From Gonapodya sp. JEL0774 (Eukaryota): a DNA stretch of 64,000 bases. Below, piece after piece: positions 12,851-26,000 of this stretch. Below the pieces are notes generated by a model. That model was not told the DNA's origin and did no database searches. It worked only from the letters and a program-made list of their open reading frames with translations. The translations under genes were made by a program, and so were the position numbers. The stretch is from assembly GCA_027604505.1 (NCBI GenBank), contig JADIIX010000063.1:1-64000 (forward strand), given 5' to 3'. The stretch's first letter is position 1, and each line of letters opens with the position of its first letter.

Positions 12851-15810
12851 ATGGCCAGAAAGGAAGCTGCCGTCGATCAACCGCGGATATTTGTCATGCC
12901 CGGAAAGGACTCAACAAAAGAGCTTGAGAGTAGGTTCCCCGATCCAATAACTTGCGTTTCGTTGGAAGCTATCCCTCAACACAATCGCATGTTTGGATCA
13001 GACATTATTCTAAAGAAGTCAAAGTTCCTTGAGGCTGACACGGATCGGGATCTATTCTTCCTGGCGATGAACACGGAGAGATTCCCCGGCAAGTTCCAGT
13101 TGTTCCGTTTTCCAGATAAAGCTGGATGTCAACTGGCTTTCATCCAGAGGCACTTCCAATCCTTCGTGGATTCCTGCAAGGGCAGCTTCAGGAGTGTCAC
13201 TCGAGACTCGACAGGGAGGTCGGGCTCCGGGACGAAAGTTCAGCTTCTTCGATCGCAGACCTCTACTCTTGCCAATACGATGCCAAGTTACTTTCTGCAT
13301 TTCTCATGAACGATTACAATCAAACTCTTAAGGCCTTGGACGAGTATCGAGCCCATCGACTAAGGAAGATCTCGGAATCTGGTGGAGATCTCAGACGCGG
13401 GAATGATTTCATCCCTTCAAAAGAGTTTGCGAGGGTGTTCTTGACCCAAGCGGCTCCTACCAAACTTGTAGACGGCGTATGGTTGCAGTGAGTGGCCCAT
13501 GTTAGTTCCATCGTTATTAACTTGGCACTAATTTATTGCCTTGTCAGGCACATAAATCGTATCGCAACATCAAAACCTTCACTGAGCGGCATTCTTGGGG
13601 ATCTTTATGACATTTATGTTGAAGAACTGGGAGCAGGTGTGAGGCAGCAGAACCATGTTACAGCGTATCTTCAGCTCCTGGACCAGATCGGGTAAGCCAT
13701 CATGTTCTCAGCCCGAATACGAGAATGAAGCTGAACTTTAGAGATTGTGATTATTCAGAATTTCCATGCCGCCATCAAATACACGAGCGTTCGTGGATCA
13801 GGAAGTTTTGTTCGACAGTGCGTTTCGAGTTGGCCTCATCCAGCTAGGACTCTCCAAATTCCCAGAAGAATTGCTTCCGGAAATACTGGGCTACAACTTG
13901 GGGTATGAGCAATTGCCTCTTCATTTGCTAGTGACAATCGAGGAGCTTAGAGCAATAGGATTCGATCCATATTATTTTCAACTTCACGTTACAATCGATA
14001 ATTCCGCTACTGGACAGTGAGTTTCCGATTCCCGCATAGTTCAGACTCTCGATCGACGGCAGATCATTGATGTTTCCCCAGTGCCCATATTGCGACACAA
14101 GCTGTGACCACGTACCTGGACTTCGTTGCAACTCAGCAATCACCAGATGTTCTCATTTCGCAGTGCGTTGTTCCCTTGATGAAGGCAACTCATCTTGATC
14201 CCTTCATATGATCTTGATTCTATCTAGTTGGAAACGAATATTGGCTGGGTACGCTCTAAATGACATCCAACCATGTACCAGAGACATGGGATTAGTCCGT
14301 GGGATATTCAAGGAAAATTCGCACTTGCGGCTAGAAGACGCAGCATTGGTCTTGCGGCTAACGACACCATCGCAACCCCGCCATGCCGTTGTCGCCAACT
14401 TTGAATCGCCAGGAGAGATTGATCAAAGGCGCATCAGACGATCTAGGGTGCTGAGTCTACTGAGAAAAATGGCACCGTACGCCGCCAATATCCATCCATT
14501 GGGAACTATGCTGTGTGGATCTTCACTTCGAAGGCTTTTGAGTCCTCCAGACGAAACAATCGCAACACTCGGTGACAGGGCATTTGAGCCTTGTCTTGCG
14601 GCTTTGGCGAGCAGCGAGTGGGTTGTAGCCGGTAAACCAGAAAGGAGCCGTTTCCTGACGGAATTATGTAAATACGGTGGGCCTATGTTTGGTGTTTTCG
14701 AGAAGAAAGATCAGGATGTTATCACAGACTGGATTTTGGGAATGAGCATGGAAGATCCGCAGCAACACACTTCACCTCGGAACTCAAACGCACAATCTTT
14801 CAGCACCGATGTGAACTCTCGAGCATATTGTGACTTGAGGAAAGCTGTCAAGGACCGTCACGAGCTTGAAAAGATGGAGAAGCTGTTCGCGGCTCGAGTG
14901 CTCAAGGAAACCGATAAGAAACACTTGCTGACCTTATTTATAGAATTTTCCGATTCCCCGCGTGAGTACTACTTCAAGTTGTAATTGCAGTCGAGTTGAT
15001 GACTTGAGTGGTGGTTCTTGATGCATAGTAACCCGAGTACTCTCGGGGGAGTTTGTGAACTCTACTCTCCGACATGCGCTTTCATCTAGAAAGTGCTTGT
15101 TTAAGTCCGTTCACCACACGCTTGCACTGCATTGGAGGGAGGCCCTTTCACTTCTGTGCTTCGATTTTGTGTTCTTGGATCATTTGTTCGTCCCAGACTT
15201 GCATCATAGTAGTATTGGCGTCACTCTGACTAAACTGTGGATGATAGTGAGGGGCTACGGAAAGGGACAGCCCAGGGGCACTGCAGAACAATGGAGATTA
15301 CTGAGGCGGAGGTGAGGGGATAGAAGCGAGTCGTTAATCGCAACCTGAAGGATCTTATGGTTGCGGAATGTATTTGAAGGGTGTCGCTCGACTCAGTGCT
15401 GACACATGACCAAGGCGCTTCTTGGGCGGAAGGTGAGCGAGCGCCTATCTGTCAGTTCCAGCACGGAAATATTGTACCATTAAACCCATTCGACGTTCTT
15501 AACAGAAACTTGTGCATTCCTTGTCGGTGTTTCACACTACCCACATACCTTTCTGCCGGAGATCGTCGGGTTGTGCATGTTCTGGACAGAAGTTATGTGG
15601 TCAGAAGTTGTGCCTTCTGTCATTGAGCAATTGCGGGCATCAGGAAGTGTATCTCAGACTGAAATTTGCGCAATTATGGAAACTAGAAGAGCTATCATGG
15701 AGTGCGGGGAAAGAGTAGCGAAGGAGGCGGAGGAGGTTCTTACAGTGGAGAAGGACCGTGTTGCTTTGGGCTTCGGTTTACTGCTGGCAGTTCAAGAGCC
15801 CCACTTGTAA
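12851..15810 (+). CDS. Iron-containing redox enzyme (heme-oxygenase-like diiron oxidase, HDO) with a C-terminal degenerate repeat
   Basis: FLTQAAPTKLVDGVWL, YVEELGAG...NHVTAYLQLL, LLPEILGYNLGYEQLPLHL, GFDPYYFQLHVTIDNSATGH (His completed by the splice), WVVAGKPERSRF...GGPMFGVF. The last exon has SHYPHTFLPEIVGL. Confidence 0.85.
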
Positions 15811-16078
15811 TAAATAAATTCATTTTCACATTTCCACTCTCATACGTACTCGCGGGACTTTTCCTGTTCATTTCAAAATTTAGTGTTTCGGCGTTGCACC
15901 CTTGCTGCTTGCGCCTCACAACTTCTCTCCCGTTTTGGTTATTTTCATAGTCCTCACACACCACCCGTCAAAGACCGCATCGTTCTGGAGAATTACTTCC
16001 ACCCCTTGTCTGGACCCCCAATTTATAGACGCTCCACCTCCTTTACGCCTCCACCTGTTCACCACCAACCCCTTTCCG

Positions 16079-18032
16079 ATGGGACGGCTCCAACGTCTGC
16101 TCGCGCTGGCCGCATTCACCTTTAGCAGTCTCACTTGCTTGGCATCAGCTGTCGAAGTTGACGCTAAGATGTCTCAGAGGACGGAGGTGGGAGGTCAGAC
16201 TTCTGGTGAGTCCATGAGCTTAATGTCGCAGAGAGGGTTTATCCACTCCACCTGTCACTACGGCAACTTGGTTATGTGCCCACGGAGCTGAACACCGCGC
16301 ATGATACTGACTTAAGTGTTGCTTTGTCGTTTTCCCCCAGGTCCCTTGTCGAAGCGCCTTGTTACCTCGACGAACGGGGTGCTGCAGGGAACCAAATGTA
16401 AGTTTCCACTTTTATAAGCCACCTCGATCACCCTGAACTACGGAAAGGTAATGATGCACTATTTTTGTTGCATGCTCAAACTCCTATTCGGCCGCAACCT
16501 TTGGTACCATCTCTCATCCTCTCTAAAAACCCCCAACTACGACCTCCTCCTCACATACTTAATTCAGTCATTATTGGAGGATCGACAGTTAATCCCGCGG
16601 ATTATCCTTTCACATGCCTCCTCGATATCCAGCCTAATTTCAATATTCCCAACTCAATCAACTATGCCGAGACGTGCTCTGGAGTCCTGATACAAACAAC
16701 ACCGGTCCCAGTTATGCTGACGACAGCGCACTGTGGCTCTTCTGGAATTGAACCGTTTGCCACGGTCTACGTTGGTAGGGGCAACAAGAATGTTCCCTGC
16801 TCATCAGAACCGACTTGCACGGAGTTCGGAGTACAACAAATCATCGTCAATAGTCTATACGCACCCTACCACGGAGTGGACAAATACGGCAATGATCTTG
16901 CCATTTGGGTCTTGAAACAGCGATCACCCTCGTCCGCCCGTCTAGTTTCGGCAACCCTGAATAATGACCCCAATTTTCCACCAATAGGGGTCACCAGCAT
17001 GGCACTGGGTTGGGGTTATACAAATGTACAGTAAGTTCAGAAGTTTCGCAGAAGGTTGCCTCTTCTTTCCCGATCCCACCCCTTCTCATGACTTGCGCAT
17101 TTTTGCTCCCTCCTAAAGTGGGGACCAGGGTGTCAACCCTACTCTTGCAACGAGCCTTCAAGGGGTCGGACTCCAAGTAGTGGATAACACCGTTTGCGAG
17201 AATGCCTACTTCATAAACACTGCCGCGAGGGATGGGCTTTCGTGTCTGATGGGATCCAATGTCACTGGAATTCAAACGTCTACCTGCTTGGGTGACTCTG
17301 GAGGAGCTCACGTCTACAATGGCGTGGTTTATGGAATCACGAACTTCGGCCCTTTAGTGTGTGACTCAGGCGAACCCCTGGTCGCAGCCAAGACCTCGCA
17401 CTCTACGAGCTGGATCAATGGACAACTTGCAATCATCAATGCGCAAAACAGTCCGGCAATCGTGGTGACCACAACCCAGGCGCCGCCTGCTCCGACATCG
17501 TCTTCGATTGTCCCGTTCGCGTTATCACAGACAGCAAACGACCTCACACTCTCTCTGGGCGGAATTTTTGAGACCACTCCAGCTGCTGCTTCTACGATTG
17601 CTACATCTGGTAAGTTTTCATCTGAAACGATAGCGGCAAGTGCAAGTCCGGAAGCCAATAGATTTGCCCAGTTCTGTCAGCTATTGTTCCTCAAGTCACC
17701 ACCACTCTGTCTCCTCTTGCTTCACCACTTCTGACAGCTCCACCAAATGTCATTACTCGTGAAAGCACTTCTGCAACGAGTAGTGCCCCTGTATCGACTG
17801 CATCCTTAGTTTCTCCAACTGTGGACCGCGTTTCCGACAAAGGCTCAACCTCTGGGGCTTCAACAAGAGCCGTCGGCTTTGCAACTGCTGGTGATTGCTT
17901 GCACTTGAGCCTCGGGTTTAGGCGACTATTGTACCCACATGTTCCTCGTTTAGGTTCCGCCTTCTTCTCCCTTGTTCTCGCTGCAGTGCTGTAGTGGTTA
18001 TCGTAATCACACTGCCCAATACCTCCTTGTAA
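16079..18032 (+). CDS. Secreted S1 (trypsin-fold) serine protease with Ser/Thr-rich stalk and possible GPI signal
   Basis: Signal peptide, IIGG activation site, TTAHC, NDLAI and STCLGDSGG triad motifs, S/T/P-rich C-terminal region, hydrophobic end (last acceptor uncertain). Confidence 0.9.
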
Positions 18033-18272
18033 ATTTCACCGTTTTGGAAAGGTCACCCACACTGGCGATTCGTGTACTTAAAGGCTTGGAGAATGTCGTT
18101 ATTTTTGCAACGCAGACATTTGGTGACGACCCTCGTCTTCGGGTTAACTTATGACGGCAAAATTCGAAAAAAAAAATGCATATCTGTGATATAAGATAAG
18201 GAACTACTCATTTCTATTCCTGTGCGATGATTTGTGAACTCAGAACTGGGCAGCTTGCTGAGCAGTTCAACA

Positions 18273-19248
18273 ATGCCCAAATACTACTGCGGTGAGCACT
18301 ATACCGCTCATTCTCTCCAGTTCAGTTCTCCGTCACTTATAATGTCATCCCTGTCTTCCGACGTTTTCTTGTTTCTCTGCCTCTCTGTGATTAAAGACTA
18401 TTGTGACATCTTCCTCACGCACGACTCACCCTCGGTCAGAAAGGCGCATTGTACGGGTTGGAAGCATCGGAATGCGGTTCAACAATATTACTCGAGTGAG
18501 TTATATGTACGATTGGATGAGAGTTGTGTCTGTGGTGTTCGGGGATTGAGCGAACTGCTGCTCCGAGTCAGTCACTCTGTGACGGTTCCCAAGCAATGAC
18601 ATCTCCAATCGGTCGTTACATAATGGTTTGAGGATTTCACTCATGCGCCATGTATACTCACGAGGTTCTGAAGTGTGTAGTGGAATGCCAGCTCGAGCGC
18701 AGTCAAAGTGGAGACCCAAACACGACCGACAGGCCCATGGGTCCTCGAGCACTATGCAATTTGACTTGCGCGATCGCTTTGAGTTTCCGTCTTTGGAAGG
18801 GGACGCTCATTCATGTCACTCTTCCCACCAGCCCTTCCCCAAGATAAAATTCAAGGAGTAATCGCCGAAATAACACGAGCTTATGAGGGCGTTCCAGGAA
18901 TGCTAGGTACATAATCGAATGGTCTTTCAATATCATCGTTTAATGGTGTCATATCCGGAACACGCAGAATTCGCTCCGATGCCCGTGCCAGGCCAGGCAT
19001 ATGGGGTCGCTGGAGGACCTCCCTTTGGGGGTGGTTTCCGTCCTGGAGGACCACCCGGGCCTCCTGGCATGGGCGCGGCTGGCCCACCCCGGCCGTTCTT
19101 TGCCCCACAGGCCCCACAACGCCCAGCAGGACCTCCGTCTGGTTTCCCGTTTGCACTTCCCCCGGGAATGCCCATGCCGCCTCCTCCACCTCCAGGTTGG
19201 AGACCCGGAATGCCCATACCAGGATTTGGAGCTGGGCAGCAAGCATAA
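18273..19248 (+). CDS. SNRPC: U1 snRNP protein C
   Basis: [38 protein letters not shown] zinc finger and a Pro/Gly-rich C-terminus. Confidence 0.95.
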
Positions 19249-19338
19249 GGCAGCCATCGAATTTGCGAATTTGTATAGCTGGCAAGCTTTGTGACGAAAC
19301 ATCAATATGCATTGAAACATAATTGGATTCAAATATAA

Positions 19339-20844
19339 TCATTTCTTTTTGGACGCCTTTCCGTGCTGGCCCAATTTCAAAACTTCAATATCGTCGCCAA
19401 CTGCAATTTTACGAACCACACCATCAACGAAGTCATGGACTCCCCACATGCCGAAACATGCCTGCACAAAAGCGCCTGTCAAGCAAGGAAGGGCACATTC
19501 ATCAATCATGTAACGCTGGCCCACCTCATATTTCGCATTTGGCTCCACTCTCCGATATGCCATAAGCGTTGTGAGGGGGTCTTTGGTCTAGGAGATTCAC
19601 ATCCAACGTTAAAGTCACCGAAAAATCGCAAGCATTGTTCTGTCATGAACCTTCTGCGCAGTGTCAGGGTCGACGGTCGTCGCCACACATCGTGTTGCGC
19701 GGCTGAGAACGTGCACAACAGTCTTTGGTGCGTCCCCAGATCCAATCGCAACGGTCATCCACTCGTCCTGAAATTACAGTGAACAGCTCAGAGAAAGTAT
19801 AGGAGATGAGCTTCTCCGGGATCGCACCTCTTCGAACGGTTTCTCGTTATCAATGACAATGTTTGGTCGGAAGTTGATGGCCCGCACTTCCTTCAGGTCT
19901 CCCTTCCCTTGGGTTAGCCTCTCCGCAAGGTGATCATTGAGGTCTTTCATAGAGCCAGTGGAGACAAGAAGGAAAGGGTACGCGTCCGCAAATGCAGCCT
20001 TCAGGTTGACGTGAACTAGGTTGGGTGAACAACATCTATCGTTCGTCTTGAACGTACCGCTTACCGTAACTTTTTTTGCAACCGCTGGCATGTTGGACAG
20101 ATCATCGCCATATGTGTTGGTTGAGATGCGTGGAGCACAGGAGGCATAGTCTGAGGAAGAGGTGGTATCTAGTAGTGAGTTCAGTACATCACTTTTGGCG
20201 ACGAAATGCTGACCGTGAACTACAAGACGAACTGGTTCGCCACACAGTTGGGAGAGCCATTCAGCAGCAGCCTCTCCGCAGTCCACCACTTGTACCGGGT
20301 CACCAAATACTTCGAATGGGATGCTTTCTCCAGATCTGTCAATGAAATTCATGGATAACGGCCAGTGGGAGAAGTACCTCACAACAAGAGAGTACAGAAG
20401 ACATACACCGGGAAGGATACGTCGACTTTGCCTGTGATGTTAGGATGAGACAGTGACAGAACCCCCCCTCTTTCGTAAGATGAACGGGCAATATCCGGAG
20501 TGGAGTCATTAAGGGAGATACTCGGGGTACTTTTAAGATAGAAAAGCGATGAAAAATTGGGTTCAAGTGTCTCCCGAGGTTGGCATACTCACATCAGAAT
20601 CACCGACGGCTTGTCACGCATGGTCACAATGCGCGTGTACGCAGGTTCAGACGTAGTCTTAAAATCAGCTCTCACGATCATCCATTGCCTGTCAAACTCG
20701 AATCCGTGTTTGGCAAGAGTGGCATGGGTGACCTCAATCCCCCTACATGATTTTACGGGACTACCACACCAATGAGAAGCCCTGAATGCATTGATAGTCA
20801 CGTAGAACACCCAACTGGACGTATAGGCTCTTGACTTTGACCAT
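19339..20844 (-). CDS. MOSC-domain protein (mARC/YcbX-like molybdoenzyme)
   Basis: MVKVKSLY..PVKSCRGIEV, FDRQWMIV, DCGEAAAEWLS, AFADAYPFLLVS, NFRPNIVID, TRCVATTVDP, IAVGDDIEVL. Confidence 0.9.
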
Positions 20845-21246
20845 CGGAAGAGTAAATATTGACGAAGAAGTGGGGCCGATCAAGGAACACTGGTCTCGAC
20901 AGAAGGATGCGGCCCGATTTTACCGCATGGCAGTATTAATTTCCATATGCAATCTCGCTGATATGTAAATCGCTGTCTTTCGGAAGTACATGTATGTAAA
21001 ATTATTATTGATACGTGCCCTATTCGGCCATGTTTCTGTCAGGTTGCATGAGCAGTGTTTGGGGAGTTTTGAGTGTTCATCGACGAATCACACGGCAATC
21101 AGTCGATGACAGGCATTCCAATGAATAGCTACAACATTCTAACGATATTGAGGACTCAGCGAGAGAACTGTCAACCCCAACCCAGCTAAACACTTTAGAC
21201 TTCATTGCGCACCAGGTTGGTGTCGGGACCACTCTTCCCTAATGTA

Positions 21247-22649
21247 TCAACTAGATTTTACTACGTTGGGTGATCGAGCTCTGGAAGTTTTTCATAACGT
21301 CAAAAACCTCTGGCTCCGCAGCACCTGCCATTTGTGTGGCATCCTCCCTGATTCAACGACGTGGGGGTCGATCAGGTTTTACTGGCCGATTTCACAAAGA
21401 AATTGACTCACGCTGCGAAAGTCCCCTGAAGCGTCACACCGTTCTGGAAATAAGGAAATGTGGTTAGGAGCACCACGGTCCAGCAGCGAGAATGCACGAA
21501 CCTGGTTCATCAAAATAAGTTGCTTGGTGTAGAGAAGTCCCGATGACGTGGTTGCGAGCACTGTAGGTAGGGTGGCGATTCCAGTGGCCACATACAAACC
21601 AAGGATCTTCAAGCCACTCACTGTCTTTCGCCAGTGCAAGTCCTGTGCTCCTGAGCTCAGTTTCGGGGACAACTTCCGAGACCAGGTTCGTCCTCAAGGC
21701 TTTCTCTACATTGCAGCGTCGAGTTCTCATCTGCTAGCTCCACCTTCGCGGGAACAAAACTCACGCGCATCCATCCATCGAAAAGTAGAGAGTAATTCGT
21801 TGGCATGCGTGGATCCGATCAGGCGTGGAAGCATCCAGCTAAGTCCACCTTCTCCTCCAGAGAGTCCCATTCTGTTTGCACCGATAGAGCAGCGGAATGA
21901 TGGTCCAGCAATCTACAGCAAATTGGTGAGTGTGAGTTTAGTCAGATTGATCGGTGCGAAACTCACTCGAACGTCGCAGGCACAAGAAATCGCAAAGCCT
22001 CGCATACAAATTAGCTCGACTTCGGGCGCCGAAAGATGAATTCTGGCTCACCAACTCCCACAGTGGATCCGTGAACTAGTGCAATTGTCATTTGCGAGAG
22101 ATTCTTGATCTTTTGAACAGTAAGAGAGAACTGACACATTGCAAGATCGATTAACAGTGAGCAATCCTCTTTGTGAGCAATTCTCTATTGGGTTCCCGAC
22201 GATACCCACATTCCTCTGTCCGAAATATCTCGAAGGAGGTGGTACGTCAGTCACATCTCGGTCCGAGGAGCCAAAATCCAGGCCCGCCGAGAAATTGCGT
22301 CCATTTCCTGCAAATATGACGACTCGGATCCTTCGGTTCAACATGAGCGCATCTGTGGTATACAATATTCACACTTGTTGATATAAATTTTTGACAATCC
22401 GTCCAGGGCGCTTCAATACCCACCACATATCTCCTGCAGAGCAGTCGTCAAAGGCCATGATAGCGAGTTCATTTTTGTAGGGCTACAGGTGTGATTAGAG
22501 TTCTTGAATATTGTCTCGCCGTTCGGAATCACCCGAATGACATACCGATTGAATACAATCCAAAGGACGCGCCCTTCTAAGTCTTCTCGAACTTCCAAGC
22601 CGACTTTCTCATAGTCTTTGTATTCTTTGAGTGGGTGCTGGTCACGCAT
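21247..22649 (-). CDS. Enoyl-CoA hydratase/isomerase (crotonase) family protein
   Basis: GRVLWIVFNR-PTKMNSL, IRVVIFAGNGRNFSAGLDF, IALVHGSTVG, ISCACDVR, IGANRMGLSGGEGGLSWMLPRLIG, ALRTNLVSEVVP. Confidence 0.88.
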
Positions 22650-23030
22650 CGTGGAGGGATGGTGTTCAATTTTTGTGGTAGTTCGCTTCCGATTCCTTGA
22701 TGCTGGATTCCTTGATGCTGTGGCGACGGTGCAAATAAACAGATAAAAAGAATTTTCATTTTTCACTACTCCTCTCGTGTTACATATAGGCATTTCGAGG
22801 GAATGAGGTGCATTGAAACAAAATATGCGGAGCCATCGCTGGTATCGGTGGATTGCATGTTTGGGTACGTGCGAAATTTGGCTCTCGAACAAAATGATCC
22901 ACAGCAACGTCTCCTGGCACTGCTATCAGTGTATGTCGTGCGGCGTGATCCCAATGCGAGGGAACAGAGAATGAGTCTTGCCAAAATGGGAAACAACGGC
23001 CTTGCAATCCTCCAATTTATCGCAGCCATT

Positions 23031-26000
23031 TCACAAAAAGAACTGGGCTTTCTCTCCTGGAGACCCAAGAGGCTCGTCGGGTGATCCCGTAGGTGATCCC
23101 ATCGGTCCAGTCCGATTGTCTCTGGATTTGCGACGGAACTTGACCACTAGGTCGTCAGGTGGGGTTAGCATACCCAGTGCCCGGCGGTAGGCAACCGAAA
23201 GGTACGTCAAGCCAACTTGGTATGAAGCGTTCATCCAGCCAAACTTAGAGGTAATAGAGACACACAATTAATCAAGAAGCTTCGAAGCGAAAGATGACAA
23301 AGAGCCTCACCCCTTCCCTGGGGACAAACTTGAAGTCCGTTCCAACATTTCCATACTCCACATCGACCTTATGCGTCATATCCACAACGTCAAACTTCTC
23401 TGGCACGACGCCATTGTAATCTACAAAAGCTTTCGTGATGGTGTAGAGCCACCGGTAGGCAAATCGCTGAGATAGTTCTTTGTAGCCATAGTTGCGCACG
23501 GCTTCCCATGCCATCATATGATGGGGTGCCCTACCGAAGGGATAGTCCTGTACGTGAAATCAGCGAAAGCGGAGAAAGGATACATGACTTCACCCCTCGG
23601 TTTCTCAACATCGAGAGAACTCACCCACTGTCGATTTGGCCTGTCCAGTCCCACTCTTCCCCGACTCTCGAGTGTTCCGGACACCAGCCCTCCTACCACC
23701 TCAAACCTCCTTGACCCTTCGACCACCACACTATCTGCTTGCTCAGGTGTCGCCATGCCAGCCCACAATGCCCAGAATGTGGTAACAGTCTCGTAGACAT
23801 GCTGTTCCTTTTGAGCAACGTCGTAGTCGAAGTAGATACCCTGCCGGTCATTCCATAGAAAGGTATCCGCAGCAGCACGACGACGTGCAGCGAGCTGCTG
23901 AAATACGGGAGACGTAATCGTAATAGTGAAAAAGGGCGAGTCCGGGTGGTCAATAACGGGGTCCCAGACCACGGGGACATCAGCGGCGGACGGCTTCAAT
24001 TTCTCGTCAGCGGGGTAGCTCTCTTGGGGCCCCGCCGTGTCCTCAAGATCTTGCCCCTCACCGGCATCCATCGATTCTCTCTCCTTCTCGACTTCTGCAG
24101 TTCCGACTTCCCGCCAATGATGATCGATTTCTTCATCGAAAACCAGCACGTGTCGTGCCCACGAAGAGTCCCATTCCGCCACGGCTGCAGTTACACCGTT
24201 TTCACGGACGTAGTCCCGCCACTTGATATACGATTTGAGATTTGCGTTGTCGGGGCCACGACGAACACGGATCTTAAAACTAAAGGGATTGAATGAATAC
24301 AATTGTGATATAGTAATGTGTTTAGCATCCTCGTAAACTCCCAAACTGAATCAACAGAGCACTCACCTATCGCGGAACTCTTTTTGAATGACGCGAGCCA
24401 GATCCATCTCATATCTGTACAACAAACTGGTGAGGTCGATGGTGGTTAAGTTGGCGCACTTCCCCTCAAAACGGTATGTGGTGTCGTGACCAGATTCACG
24501 GACTTTGAGAGTGATAAAACATAGAAAGAAAAAGGAAGATGACGAATGACATTGCACTCCGACAATCCCACGGCAAATGCTCACCCGCTCGATCATGCAC
24601 AAAGTACGCGTCCAGTTCCGGTTCGCTGACTTCCTCACCCGCATACATTTTCTTAAACTCTTCAACCCCAACTCCATGCTTTTTAGCATAAGGCTCCACC
24701 AAGTGATCAAAGTGGCTGCTTTCGGTCTCCGGTGGCATGCCGTAGCCCTCTGTAGTGTAGGTGCTCAGTCCTGTGTCCTTATCGTACCTCGGAGCTGACA
24801 TCCAAACTCCTAAAAGCTCCTTGACCGCCGCACGGAACCCACGGGCCAGCCAAGACTTGGTTTCTGCCCGAGTGTAAGAGGGTTTGCTGGTGAGTGCGTT
24901 GTGAACTTTCAGGATCATATCGGTGAGGAATGGGGGTTGGGATCGGGTGAGGTAGTAGGAGCGGTTGGCGTTGAGAATTTTTCCATAGTGCGCGATTTCG
25001 TATACAAAGTTCTCGACCATGCCGCGCGACATTTCCACGCGCTTGTCTAGGTGGTCGCCCAGCCAAAATTAGGATGCAATGTATTTAGGAGCACGAGGGA
25101 CCGATTGCAGGTCAGTAACCACGACAAGAACTCACACTCCTTGATCACACTCCTGTCACACACTCACCAACTAACAGACCGAGCGTCTCAAAGTAGCTGT
25201 CCCATCCATACATCTCGTTGAATCGGCCTCCGGGCACGACAAAAGGCACACCCTTCACCACTTTCGCCTTGACTCTCGGATCATACTGCTCTTTGAGCGC
25301 TAAGCTCAAAATCCCCGGTTTCCCATCGAGTGACTTGACGTATTGAGGTGTGACGATTTCGGGCAATCGTACGACGTCGAGCGGACGGGTTTGGGCAACA
25401 GAAGTCCAGTATGCAAAAGCAAAGTCATCGTGGAACGGGACATAAATGCGGCGATGTTGGTCTGGAGAGCGGTTCTTGGGGTCGTTGGTTATAATTTCGA
25501 GACCTGTAAATGTCGGTTGAAACGCAATGTAGAGATATCCGTCATCGAGATCTTGCCAAAAAAAACTTACCTTCAGCATCAATCCTTCTACTTAACCCGT
25601 CCCAAAAGTCAAAACTAATCATCCTGCTCAACCTGTCCACCGGATTCTCCGCCAACCTGTCCTGATCGATCATAATGCTGGACCTGCCGTGGTCAGCGGC
25701 CAGAGCCAGTTCTTGCAGCAGATTCGAGATTTGGTAGGTACCTCGCAACTCGAACTTGTGGTAGCCGGCCGATGCAGCTGTCCCTACGGCGAAAACTTTG
25801 GGGCCCGAGTCGGTCACGGTGATTTGGCAGTCTCCGTCCGTGTCTTCTTGCTTGATGAGACGGCCTGACGGGGTCATGCAAAAGGTTTTCCAGGGTAAAC
25901 GGGAGAGTGCGTAGTGGTGAGATAATTGTACTGCTGCAGCACACCTCCATCACGTGTCTCGAACAACCTCATCCGTCTCAAAATGCGGAAGAATCAATTA

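Noticed and set aside
17980..18040. tRNA-like D-arm sequence GTAGTGGTTATC
   Set aside because: No GTTCRA T-loop or acceptor stem. It coincides with the last exon of the protease.
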